From positions 3,104,001-3,168,000 of the forward strand of contig OZ220089.1 in assembly GCA_964291625.2 (NCBI GenBank): a stretch of DNA of 64,000 nt, written 5' to 3'. Positions 9,721 to 19,078 of the stretch are shown piece after piece. Origin of the DNA: Candidatus Latescibacterota bacterium (GTDB lineage: Bacteria > Latescibacterota > UBA2968 > UBA8231). Made by a program: the position numbers and the translations under genes. Position 1 is the first letter of the stretch. Each line of letters starts with the position of its first letter. Under the pieces are notes generated by a model that saw only the letters and a list, made by a program, of their open reading frames with translations, was not told the origin of the DNA and did no database searches.

Positions 9721-10505
9721 TAGACGATCATGCCGTAGGCGAGGACGAAGATCATCGGCGTCAGGCTGGCGAAGGCGATGAGGCCGAAGCCGTCGACCAT
9801 CGGGTTGCGCCCCCGGATGGAGGTGGCGAGGCCGACGCCCAGGGCGGTGACGAGAGGCACCGTGATCGTGCTGGTGGTGACGCCGCCGGAGTCGTAGGCC
9901 ACGCCGATGATCTCCGGCGGCGCGAAGGCGGTCATGGCGGTGACCAGCACGTAGCCGCCGATGATCAGCCGGTGGATCGGCCAGCCCTTGAGGATGCGCA
10001 GCACGCCGAGGACGATCGCCGCGCCCACCGAGAAGGCGACCACCATGCGCAGGTTGAAGGCGTACGAGGCGCGCGCCTCGTCGTCGCCGGCGATGGCGCC
10101 GGCTTCGGCGGCGACCTCGGCCGCTTCCGCGGCCACGGCGATCAGGGCGGGCTCGGCGACGGTGGTGCCGAAGCCCAGGCAGAAGGCGAAGGCCAGGAGC
10201 GCGGCGGCGCTGCCCTTGCGGGCGAAGGCCTGGGCGATCGCCTCGCCGAGGGGGAAGAGACCGCTCTCGAGCCCCTGGATGAACAGGGTCAGGCCGGCGA
10301 TCACGCAGACCAGGCCGAGGGCGACGCGCCCGAGGTTCGGAAAGGGCTGCTGCAGCACCACGATCTGGAAGAAGGCGATGACGAGGATGATCGGCGCCAG
10401 ATCGCGGAGGGCGTCGACGATCCGCCGCAGGATGCCGCCCAGGGCCCGGGTCAAGGCCGTCCCCCGGGGGCCGCGGAGAGGACTGGAGCTTCCCGGCCCC
10501 GCCAT
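9720..10505 (-). CDS. DUF1538 membrane protein (paralog)
   Basis: [33 protein letters not shown]. Confidence 0.85.
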   Translation of the reverse strand: MAGPGSSSPLRGPRGTALTRALGGILRRIVDALRDLAPIILVIAFFQIVVLQQPFPNLGRVALGLVCVIAGLTLFIQGLESGLFPLGEAIAQAFARKGSAAALLAFAFCLGFGTTVAEPALIAVAAEAAEVAAEAGAIAGDDEARASYAFNLRMVVAFSVGAAIVLGVLRILKGWPIHRLIIGGYVLVTAMTAFAPPEIIGVAYDSGGVTTSTITVPLVTALGVGLATSIRGRNPMVDGFGLIAFASLTPMIFVLAYGMIV

Positions 10506-10622
10506 ACGGGAATCCCGCCGATCGGTCCGGCGGTGGTCTGGCGAGGGCAGGACATGGGCAGGATTAACGGGATTGTGGCTGATTCCGAAAAGGGTTGCAT
10601 GCGGTCGGGAAGGGGTTGCCTG

Positions 10623-13496
10623 TCAGTCCCGATGGCCGGGGGAGTCCCGGGTATAGCCGCACTCAGGCCAGTTGGAGCACCCGAGGAAGCGGCCGTGCCG
10701 GCCCATCCGGGTCTGGAGCCAGCCACCGCAGGCGGGGCAGGCCTCGATCGGCTGGCGGCAGTCCCTGCAGCGGAACCCCCCGTTCGCCGCCACTGGCAGT
10801 CCCTGGCCGCAGGCAGGACAGGCCGGCTGCCTGTGGCGGCAGTACGGCCAGTTCGAGCAGCCGTGGAAGACGCTCCTGTCCCGCGCCCTCTCGCGGTGCA
10901 CCAGGCGTCCTTCGACGCACCGGGGACAGGGCGCCTCCTCCTCCGGCGAGCGCCCGAAGACGGCGACGCCGCCCCCCTCGATCAGCTCCTGGACGAATGG
11001 GGAAGGGGGGCCGCCGTCGGCGAGGAGGTAGACCTGGCGCCGGGCCCGGGTCATGGCGACGTAGAGAAGGCGCCGCTCCTCGGCGTTCGGATGTTCGTCC
11101 GGCGCCGAGAGAACGAGATCGAGAAGGGGGTCGTCGGCGATCTCTGACGGGAACCCGTGTCTCCCGGAGCACAGGCCGAGGACCACCGCATAGTCGGCTT
11201 CGAGTCCCTTGGAGCCGTGGACGGTCATGAAGGACAGCCGCAGGCGTGGGTACTGCCTGGCCAGGCTCGGCAGGTCGGGCGGCTGCAGATGCCGGTAGCG
11301 TCCCAGCAACAGCACGCTCGATACCTCCTGGCGCGCCTCGGCGTCGGCCGCGATCCTGTCGAGGGCTTCGCTCAACAGGGAGAGACCCTTCTCCCCGGCC
11401 AGGCCGACGTGCACGCACGGTCCGTCCACCTGGCGCGTCGAACGCACCTTCTTGCGGATCTGGGAGGGGTTGGCGAGAACGAACCGGGTGGCGGCCTCGG
11501 CGATCGCCTCCGGACACCGGAAGGTCGTCTCCAGGTCGATCCGCTCGCTGGCGCCGAAGTGCTTCCCGAAGTCGCGCATGACGGCGGTGTCGGATCCGGC
11601 GAAGCGGAATATCGACTGCCAGTCGTCGCCGACGGCGAACAACCGGGAGGTGGGGGACTGGTCGAGCAGTGCCTTCAGCAGCCTCGCCCGTGCGGGGGAG
11701 ATGTCCTGGAACTCGTCGACCAGGATGTAGCCGAAGGGGCTCCGGTAGCGTCCCGCCTCCACGTGTTCCGTCGCCTTGTCGATCATGTCGTGGAAGTCGA
11801 TCTCTCCCTTACCGGAGAGGGTTTCCTGGTAGCGCTCGAAGACCGGGTTGAAGACCGCCAGGAACGCCTCCGCCCGCAGCGGGTCGCCGGCTCCCGCGGC
11901 CCGGCGGGAGAGTTCCTCGAGGGAGAGCTGGGCCCCCTTGAAATGGTGGAGGAAGGTGGCCAGCAGGCGCAGGAACGGATCGATGCGGCCCTGCCGCTGG
12001 AGGACGGCGAAGACCTCGGCCTGGGGGATCGGAGAGAGGGCGACGCCGTGCGCGGCCAGCTTCTCCCTCAGATTGCGGATCAAGGCGCCGGCGGCCCGTT
12101 CCCGGCTGAAGGTCTCGATGAGGACGGTGCCCTTCTCCTCATGGAGCCGGCGCTTCCACTCCATCTCCTGGCGGTACTTCTTCTCATCGACGAACGGCGC
12201 GGTCCGGCCCTCGGCATCGACCCCGAAGTGCTCGATGTAGATCCCCGCCTCCGGGAGATGGAAGTCGGGGCGGTACTGAACCTTCTCCGGAGTCGCCGTG
12301 TCGTGCTCGTAGGGCGCTTCGTACTCGTAGGGCACGCTGTTCAGGTAGAGGAAGTTGGCGATCTCGCACTCCTCCATGCTCCTCACCCTCTCCCCCTTGA
12401 GGGAGCGGATGTCGAAGCGGCGGAGGTAGTCCCAGTACTCCCCCCAGTTGCTGAACTCCTGGTGGCTGCGGCAGGGCGCGAACTGGCCCATGAACCACCG
12501 GAGCACGGCATCCGACACCTTCCTGGCGGCGAGCAGGCCGGCGAGGATCTCCTTCAGCAGGTCGATCAGCGCCCTGTCGTCCTGCGCCGCCCTGGCCAGT
12601 GACGGGCGCCGGCCTTCGGCCCGGCCGATGATCGACATTCCAAGGCTGTGGAAGGTCCGCACCGTCGCGCCGCCGGCCGCCTCGTCCCCGAGACGGCCGC
12701 GGATGCGTTCGTCGAGCTCGTCCCGGGCGTCCCTTGCGAAGGCGAGCAGGAGCAGTTCCGACGGGCGCCGGAAGCCTCTCAGGACGAGCCAGCCGGCCTT
12801 GGCGACGATCACCGAGGTCTTGCCGCTGCCGGCCGCGGCGACCACGAGGTTGCGGTCTTCGTCGACGACGACCGCCCGGCGTTGCTCGTCCGTGAGGGGC
12901 CGCGCCTCCACCCGGTCGAAGAACGCCCGGCAACGCTCCAGCTCCCTGTCGACGTAGGTCTCGTTGGCCCTCGCCCTGAGCGCATCTGGGTTGTCCAGGA
13001 ACTCCCGGACCGCCGCCAGCATCCCGGCTTCCGGAGCGTCGGAGAGGGTGTCCGGCCATCGGCCGGGAAAGTGGCCGGCCACTTCCCGCGCGCCCCCCTC
13101 GAGATCGCGGCAGAGGCTGCGGCCCACGTATCCCGGTGGGTCGTCGAACTGTGCCAGGCGCTCGTGGACCGAGCGGAGGGCCTCGCTCCGGGCCGCGAGC
13201 TCCCGGCGCCACCAACCGGCCCGGGCCGCTTCCAGCGCCTCGGCGAGCGCCTCCGCGTCGGCCCGGGCCAGCCCGGAGACGGCCGCGGTCCCCGAGGCAT
13301 GACGGACCTTCACCCGGCCCCAGCGCCATCCTGCCTTCAGTTCCGCGGAATCGATGTCGCCGAGAGGGATCTCCCCGGGGCCGGACGCACAGATCAGCCT
13401 CAAGGCCTCGGCCTCGACGGTGGCCGCGCGGGCGTCCCGGCTGCGGAAGATCCGGAACAGGACCGACGCGAGCCCGGGCGCCCGGGAGAAGGTCAC
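10623..13496 (-). CDS. helD: DNA helicase IV-like UvrD helicase with C-terminal topoisomerase-type Zn ribbons
   Basis: AAAGSGKT, VDEFQD, VGDDWQSIFRF, TVHGSKGLE, EERRLLYVAMTRAR, GCSNWPxC repeats; GTG start overlaps upstream stop. Confidence 0.8.
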   Translation of the reverse strand: MTFSRAPGLASVLFRIFRSRDARAATVEAEALRLICASGPGEIPLGDIDSAELKAGWRWGRVKVRHASGTAAVSGLARADAEALAEALEAARAGWWRRELAARSEALRSVHERLAQFDDPPGYVGRSLCRDLEGGAREVAGHFPGRWPDTLSDAPEAGMLAAVREFLDNPDALRARANETYVDRELERCRAFFDRVEARPLTDEQRRAVVVDEDRNLVVAAAGSGKTSVIVAKAGWLVLRGFRRPSELLLLAFARDARDELDERIRGRLGDEAAGGATVRTFHSLGMSIIGRAEGRRPSLARAAQDDRALIDLLKEILAGLLAARKVSDAVLRWFMGQFAPCRSHQEFSNWGEYWDYLRRFDIRSLKGERVRSMEECEIANFLYLNSVPYEYEAPYEHDTATPEKVQYRPDFHLPEAGIYIEHFGVDAEGRTAPFVDEKKYRQEMEWKRRLHEEKGTVLIETFSRERAAGALIRNLREKLAAHGVALSPIPQAEVFAVLQRQGRIDPFLRLLATFLHHFKGAQLSLEELSRRAAGAGDPLRAEAFLAVFNPVFERYQETLSGKGEIDFHDMIDKATEHVEAGRYRSPFGYILVDEFQDISPARARLLKALLDQSPTSRLFAVGDDWQSIFRFAGSDTAVMRDFGKHFGASERIDLETTFRCPEAIAEAATRFVLANPSQIRKKVRSTRQVDGPCVHVGLAGEKGLSLLSEALDRIAADAEARQEVSSVLLLGRYRHLQPPDLPSLARQYPRLRLSFMTVHGSKGLEADYAVVLGLCSGRHGFPSEIADDPLLDLVLSAPDEHPNAEERRLLYVAMTRARRQVYLLADGGPPSPFVQELIEGGGVAVFGRSPEEEAPCPRCVEGRLVHRERARDRSVFHGCSNWPYCRHRQPACPACGQGLPVAANGGFRCRDCRQPIEACPACGGWLQTRMGRHGRFLGCSNWPECGYTRDSPGHRD

Positions 13497-14656
13497 GGAG
13501 CCGGGTTGTCGAGGGGGTCCGGCGTCCACCGGGTCGCCGCCACGTGGGTCACGCTGTCGCCGAGGGTCATGTAGTACACGGTGAACAGCGAGCCGTCCGG
13601 GAGCTGGACGGTCCGCGGATACCCCAGGTCGTCGGGTGTGCCCTTGCCGGCCACGGTGCCGTCGGTGGTGAGGCCGTCGCCCCGCAGCACGATCTCGTCG
13701 GCGGTCTCCCAGGTCTCGCAGCCGTCGCGGGAGAGGCAGGCCCGCACGCCGAAGGGAGCCCGCCGGTACCCGTAGCTGCACAGGACCTCGCCGTTGCCGA
13801 GCAGCAACAGGTGCGGAGGGTATCCCCACATGCCGGTCCTGCTGGCCGGGCTCCAGGTCTTCCCGCCGTCGTCCGAGTGCGTCTGGAAGAGGTACTTCTG
13901 CTCCTGCGGAATGCGTTTGCTGCCGCTCGCGATGCGCACCAGCGCCACGACGCGTCCCCCCGGCAGCGCCAGGAGGCTGCTCTCGTTGAAGGGATGGTCG
14001 CCGCCGTCGTACGCCATCGTCACCATCTCCCAGGTGTCGCCCCCATCCTCCGAGCGCAGCACCCACGCCCGGAAGGGATCGCCGGCCGCGGCGCTGCCGT
14101 AGACCTGGTGCAGGATCGTGTCGTCGGCGAGGACACAGCTCTTCAGGTCGGACCCGTTGCGGACCAGGGCGAAGAACGGCAGCTCCTCGCCGCTCCGGAG
14201 CAGACGGTGTTCCCAGTCTTCTCCCGGGCGCTTGCGCGACATCCGCAGGCTGTGCTCCACGTGGATGCGCTCGGGGAACTCCTCCACCGCAAAGCCGCGC
14301 CGCGCGAACTCCTCCCGGCGACCGGGCGGGTACGAGTTCACGGGCCGGGAGATCCGGATCTGGGTGCCGTCGCTCAGCACCGCGCTCCTCAGCGCCTCCG
14401 GGCACTCGCGGTAGCCGTCGTCCTTCCCCTCCTCGAACCAGCTCTCCCCGCCGTTTGGGGAGAACAGTTCCACGTGGCCCGTCGCACCTCCCGCCAGTCC
14501 ACCGGAATGAGAGTGAGCGGCGCCCTCGACACCGCGCGCCAGCGGCGTGTGGGCGTTCCAGTTGAAGCCGACCCAGAGCTCGTGGCGGTCTCCCCGGACC
14601 ACGTTGGGGAAGCTGGAGTACCGCTCCGGGTGCCAGTACAATACCGAGTGATTCAT
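13493..14656 (-). CDS. Sialidase-like/BNR (Asp-box) repeat protein
   Basis: SxDGGxTW Asp boxes (SEDGGDTW, SDDGGKTW, SRDGCETW), DLGYP; start MNHSVLYW. Confidence 0.8.
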   Translation of the reverse strand: MNHSVLYWHPERYSSFPNVVRGDRHELWVGFNWNAHTPLARGVEGAAHSHSGGLAGGATGHVELFSPNGGESWFEEGKDDGYRECPEALRSAVLSDGTQIRISRPVNSYPPGRREEFARRGFAVEEFPERIHVEHSLRMSRKRPGEDWEHRLLRSGEELPFFALVRNGSDLKSCVLADDTILHQVYGSAAAGDPFRAWVLRSEDGGDTWEMVTMAYDGGDHPFNESSLLALPGGRVVALVRIASGSKRIPQEQKYLFQTHSDDGGKTWSPASRTGMWGYPPHLLLLGNGEVLCSYGYRRAPFGVRACLSRDGCETWETADEIVLRGDGLTTDGTVAGKGTPDDLGYPRTVQLPDGSLFTVYYMTLGDSVTHVAATRWTPDPLDNPAP

Positions 14657-14711
14657 GGGCGTCCGATCACAGCCGTCGAAGATAGCCAGGGCCTGGGAGG
14701 GCGCGAACCGC

Positions 14712-16253
14712 ATGGATATCGGATCGAGGAAGCAGCTCTTCGTCGACGATCGCTTCATCGCCGCCGGCCGCGGGGTGGAGCTGGTGATGAATCCGCCCCA
14801 CCAGGCCCCGGAGCCGGTGGTGACCGCCGGCGCCCCGTGGGAGGACCCGTCCGACACCAGCCTTGGCATCTACAGCAGCGTGCTTGGGGAGGATGGTCGC
14901 GTCCGGCTGTGGTACCACGTGCGCAGGGCCAGGGAGGATTCCGAGCGCAGCCTGGATCAGGCCTGCGTCGGTTATGCCGAATCGACGGACGGCATCCACT
15001 TCGACAAGCCGGAGCTGAACCTGATCGAAGAGGGCGGATCGACGGCGAACAACGTCGTCATCCCCGGCAAGATCGGCGGCAGCTCGGTCTGGATCGATCC
15101 GAATGCTCCACCCGGGGAGCGCTACAAGAACCAGTCGAAGGTCTACAATCCCGAAGTGGCGATGCAGTTCCACATGCACGGCTCGCCCGACGGTGTGCAC
15201 TGGAAGTTCCTCCGCCGCCTGCAGCTCCCTCACCGGGGCGGCTGGGACACGCAGAGCATCATCTTCTGGGATCCCGCCATCGGGCGCTACGTCCTCTACA
15301 CCCGCCGCTGGGTCGCCAAACGCCACACCACCGCCCAAGGGAACGAGAACTACCGGACCGTCAGACGGCTCGAGTCGGACGATCTGATCGACTGGGACAA
15401 CCAGAAGACGGTCATGTGGCCGGACGAGGAAGACCTGGCGACGTACGAGACCGGGGCGCCGCTGGATCCGACGGCGCCGGAGAAGCCCTACGGCCGGACG
15501 CCGATGGACTACTACGGCGCCACCGTGTTCAAGTACCCGGACCCGGACGGCGTGTACGTCATGCTCGCCAACGCCAACTGGTACTGGTTCAACCGCGAGC
15601 CGCTGGTGACCACGGTCCGCGACGACATGGATGTCCTGCGCACCGAGACGCAGCAGATCTACGGGCCCAGCCGCTTCGACGCGCGCCTGTCGGTGAGCCG
15701 CGACGGCGTGAACTTCCAGCGTTGCGGCGGCCGACGGCCCTTCCTGAGCCCGGGGCCCGAGGGCAGCTACTCCTCCCGCATGGTCTGGGCCATGCCCCGG
15801 CCGGTGCGGATGGGTGACGAGATCTGGCTCTACTACAGCGGCACCAACAGGGACCACGACGGCCTCGTCGACCCCGCGGCCCAGGGCCTGCTTTCCGGCA
15901 TCGGCCGCGCGGTGCTGCGGCTGGACGGGTTCGTGTCGGCCGATGCCGGCTACGGCGGCGGCGAGATCGTCACGCCCGTCGTCCGCTTCGAGGGGGAGCG
16001 ACTGGAGCTGAACGTCGACACCGGCGGCGGCGGCGCGGTGCGCGTGGAGCTTCAGGATGGGGAGGGCCGGCCGATCAGCGGCTACACCGAGGGCGACGCC
16101 GCCTGGATCTGCGGCAACTCGGTGCGCATGCCGGTGCGCTGGGGGAACAGCGGCGATGTCGGCCCTCTTGCCGGCCAACCGGTCCGGATCCGTTTCGTCA
16201 TGCGCGACTGCAAGCTCTACGCCTTTCAGTTCGTCGGATCGACGGCCTCGTGA
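14712..16253 (+). CDS. Putative five-bladed beta-propeller glycoside hydrolase-like protein
   Basis: QLFVDD, YAESTDGIHF, SRDGVNF, IWLYYSG, LRLDGFVS, KLYAFQF. Confidence 0.6.
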   Translation: MDIGSRKQLFVDDRFIAAGRGVELVMNPPHQAPEPVVTAGAPWEDPSDTSLGIYSSVLGEDGRVRLWYHVRRAREDSERSLDQACVGYAESTDGIHFDKPELNLIEEGGSTANNVVIPGKIGGSSVWIDPNAPPGERYKNQSKVYNPEVAMQFHMHGSPDGVHWKFLRRLQLPHRGGWDTQSIIFWDPAIGRYVLYTRRWVAKRHTTAQGNENYRTVRRLESDDLIDWDNQKTVMWPDEEDLATYETGAPLDPTAPEKPYGRTPMDYYGATVFKYPDPDGVYVMLANANWYWFNREPLVTTVRDDMDVLRTETQQIYGPSRFDARLSVSRDGVNFQRCGGRRPFLSPGPEGSYSSRMVWAMPRPVRMGDEIWLYYSGTNRDHDGLVDPAAQGLLSGIGRAVLRLDGFVSADAGYGGGEIVTPVVRFEGERLELNVDTGGGGAVRVELQDGEGRPISGYTEGDAAWICGNSVRMPVRWGNSGDVGPLAGQPVRIRFVMRDCKLYAFQFVGSTAS

Positions 16254-16339
16254 CGGGTCCTCGGGCTCTCGACGCCCGGGGCACGAGCAGGCCGGGGGGG
16301 TACCGTATATTTGGTGCAATCATGGATGCGATGTCCCCC

Positions 16340-17872
16340 ATGAGAGTGGAACCCTGGCGTGCCTGCCGCGGCTGGTTCCTGGCGCCGGTCGCCGTTGCCT
16401 GTTGCATCTCCGCTTGCTCCCTCGCCCCGAAGCAGACCCCCCCGACTCTCGAAGCGGTCGAGGAGTTGCCGGCCGGGTTTGCCGGCAGCGAGGCCGCCGG
16501 CCCGCACGAGCCGCTGCAGTGGTGGAAGAGCTTCGCGGACCCGGCCCTCGACCGCGTGATCGCGGCGGCCCTCGCCTCGAACTTCGACCTGGCCGAGGCG
16601 GTCGCCCGGGTCGATCAGGCCCGGGAGCGGGAACGCATCGCCAAAGCCTCGGCCTTCCCCTTCCTTCAGCCCTCCGTCGCCGTCAGCGACTCCGACACAC
16701 CTACCAACGCCGGCATCGGCGCCCAGTTCGACGAGCTGGGGCTGGGGATCGTCCTCCCCGACCGGCTCGGCCTGACCACCTACACCGCCGCCGCGGAAGT
16801 CGCCTACGAGCTCGACTTCTGGGGGCGCAACCGCAACGACGCCCGCGCCGCCGGAGCGCAGCGGCTGGCTTCGGAGTCGGACTACCTCACGGCCCGCATG
16901 GGGGTGCTGGCCGAGACCGTGCGGACCTGGCTGGAGATCGTCAACCTGCGCCGCCAGCGGCAGCTGGCAGGCGGGATCGTGGAGCTCCTGCAGGACCGGG
17001 AGTCGCTGGCCGAGTCGCGCTATGACCGCGGGCTGACCGACGACAGCGGCCCCCGTGCGGCTCGGCAGAGCCTGCGCAATGCCCAGGCCGAGCTGCCGCA
17101 GATCGAGGCCCTGCTGGCGGAGGCGGAGGGGCGGCTCTGGGTGCTTCTGGGGGGATACCGCGCCGAGCTGGCCGGGATACTGCCCGATTCACCGACCCCC
17201 GCCGCGGCGCTGGAACCGGTACCGGCGGGCATTCCGGCGGATCTCCTGGTGCAGCGGCCCGACGTCAGGGCGGCACGACAGCGGGTGGAAGCGGCCCGGT
17301 ACGCCGTCGGCGCCCGCCGCGCGGAGCTGCTGCCGAGACTGTCGCTGCACGGTTCCATCGGCGTGCAGAGCGCCGAGGCCGGTGAGTGGTTCGATCCGGA
17401 CCAGTGGTTCCGCAACCTGACTGTGAACCTCCTCGGCCCCGTCTTCCAGGGTTCCCGGCTGCGCGGCAATGTCGCCCTGGCCGAGGCCAGGCTGAGGGAA
17501 GCGGCCGCCGCCTACGGGCGGACCGTGGTGACCGCGGTCAACGAGGTCGAGGCCGCCCTCGCGGGGCTGGAGGCCGGCCGCCGCCGCCACTCGCTGCTGG
17601 TCTCCCTGACGGAGGAAGCCGGGGCCGAAGCCGACCTGCAGGAGCGGCGGTACCTCTCCGGAGTGGGCGAGTACGAGACCTGGCTGGCAGCGGCGCAGGT
17701 TCACCTGGGCGCGCAGTCGGTGCAGGCGGCGGCGGAGCGCGATCTGGGTTCCTTCCGTCTCGCGCTGCACCGGGCCCTGGGAGGGGCGTGGACCGCCGAC
17801 GACGGGGAGGCTGTCCAACAGAGTGACGCCGCGGTCGCCTCACCGCCTCTTCCCGCGACTTCCACGGAGTAA
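16340..17872 (+). CDS. Efflux outer-membrane lipoprotein (TolC/NodT/OprM family)
   Basis: Lipobox ISAC, WWKSFADPAL, YELDFWG, QRPDVRAA, LHRALGGAW; start uncertain (16322/16340). Confidence 0.9.
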   Translation: MRVEPWRACRGWFLAPVAVACCISACSLAPKQTPPTLEAVEELPAGFAGSEAAGPHEPLQWWKSFADPALDRVIAAALASNFDLAEAVARVDQARERERIAKASAFPFLQPSVAVSDSDTPTNAGIGAQFDELGLGIVLPDRLGLTTYTAAAEVAYELDFWGRNRNDARAAGAQRLASESDYLTARMGVLAETVRTWLEIVNLRRQRQLAGGIVELLQDRESLAESRYDRGLTDDSGPRAARQSLRNAQAELPQIEALLAEAEGRLWVLLGGYRAELAGILPDSPTPAAALEPVPAGIPADLLVQRPDVRAARQRVEAARYAVGARRAELLPRLSLHGSIGVQSAEAGEWFDPDQWFRNLTVNLLGPVFQGSRLRGNVALAEARLREAAAAYGRTVVTAVNEVEAALAGLEAGRRRHSLLVSLTEEAGAEADLQERRYLSGVGEYETWLAAAQVHLGAQSVQAAAERDLGSFRLALHRALGGAWTADDGEAVQQSDAAVASPPLPATSTE

Positions 17873-17879
17873 AACCGCC

Positions 17880-19078
17880 ATGTCCCGCATTGGCCGTGTC
17901 GTTTCCCGCATTCGCAGCTTCCTGATAGCCGGAGTCATCCTGGCTGCCTCCGTGGGTCTGGCCGCACTCCTGGTCTCACTGGCCCCCGAGCCGGCCCGCA
18001 CCGAGTCGCCGCCGCAGATCCCCTTCGCGCAGACGGCGCCGGTCAAGGCCGAGTCCGGCGCCATACCCGTGTACGGGGGCGGTACGGTGCGGCCGAGCGC
18101 CGAGATCGATGTGGCGCCGCAGGTGGGCGGACGAGTCGCCTGGGTGGACCGGGTTTCCAGAGCGGCGGCCGCGTGAAGGCGGGCCAGACGCTCTTCCGCC
18201 TCGAGGAGGCGGACTATCTCTACCGGGTGCAGGAGGCCAGGGCCAGTCTCGCCGCCCGCCGCGTGGCCCTGCTCCAGGAAGAGGAACAGGCGGCGATCGC
18301 CCGCGCCCAGTACGAGCTCTACTCCGAGCGGCAGGGGGCCGCGACTTCGCAGTCGGCCGCCAATCCCCTCACCCTGAGGGAGCCCCAGTTGGAGGCTGCC
18401 CGTGCCGCCCTCGGCCGCGACGAGGCCCTCGTGGCCGCCGCTGAACTCGCCCTCTCCAGGACCCGGGTGAACGCCCCCTTCGACGGCTTTGTCCGCGAGG
18501 AGTCCGTCGACGTGGGACAGATCGTCGCCCCCGGCCAGCCCGTGGGGCGGCTCTTCGCCGCCGACGCGGTGGAGGTGGTGGTGCCCGTGACCAATGCCGA
18601 GGCGGCCCTGATCCCGGGGCTGTGGGAGCTCAGGCCGGGCGACGGGGACCGGCGGGTGGGGGCCCGGGTGGTCGCCCGGTACGGCGGCGGCACCCACGCC
18701 CGGACAGGCTACGTCGACCGGGGCGAGACATCCGTCGACGAGCGGACCCGCACCGTCGACGTGATCGTGCGGGTTCCGGACCCGTTCGCCGGCAGCAACC
18801 CGTTGCTGGTGGGTGCCTTCGTGGAGGTGGAGATCGAGGGCCTCCGGCTGGACCGCTACTACAAGGTGCCACGAGCCGCGCTGCGGCCGGGGAACGAGGT
18901 CTGGCTGGCCGGGGAAGGCGGCCTCGTGAGCATCGTCCCCGTGCAGGTCCTGCAGCGCGGCGATGACGAGGTCTTCGTGACCGGCGGCCTGGAGAGCGGC
19001 GGCACCGTGGTCACCGGGGGGATCCGGTTCGCCACCGAGGGCATGCGCGTCCTGACGGGAGCCGCCCCGGCGCCATGA
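17880..19078 (+). pseudogene. RND periplasmic adaptor (MFP), split by a 1-nt deletion at ~18150 (frameshift or sequencing error)
   Basis: EIDVAPQVGGRVAWVD in one frame continues as GFQSGGRVKAGQTLFRL...APFDG in another. Confidence 0.8.

Noticed and set aside
13497-14405. N-terminal extensions of ORF-track calls (helicase 1260 aa; likewise 34836..37679, 37013..40771, 56773..59265)
   Set aside because: They overlap the upstream same-strand gene in another frame; true starts sit at stop/start overlaps or short gaps
13136-15817. Long alternative-frame and antisense ORFs (e.g. 13136..15817, 18859..22221, 38281..40761)
   Set aside because: Arg/Pro/Gly-rich shadow ORFs typical of high-GC DNA, overlapping genes with clear family motifs
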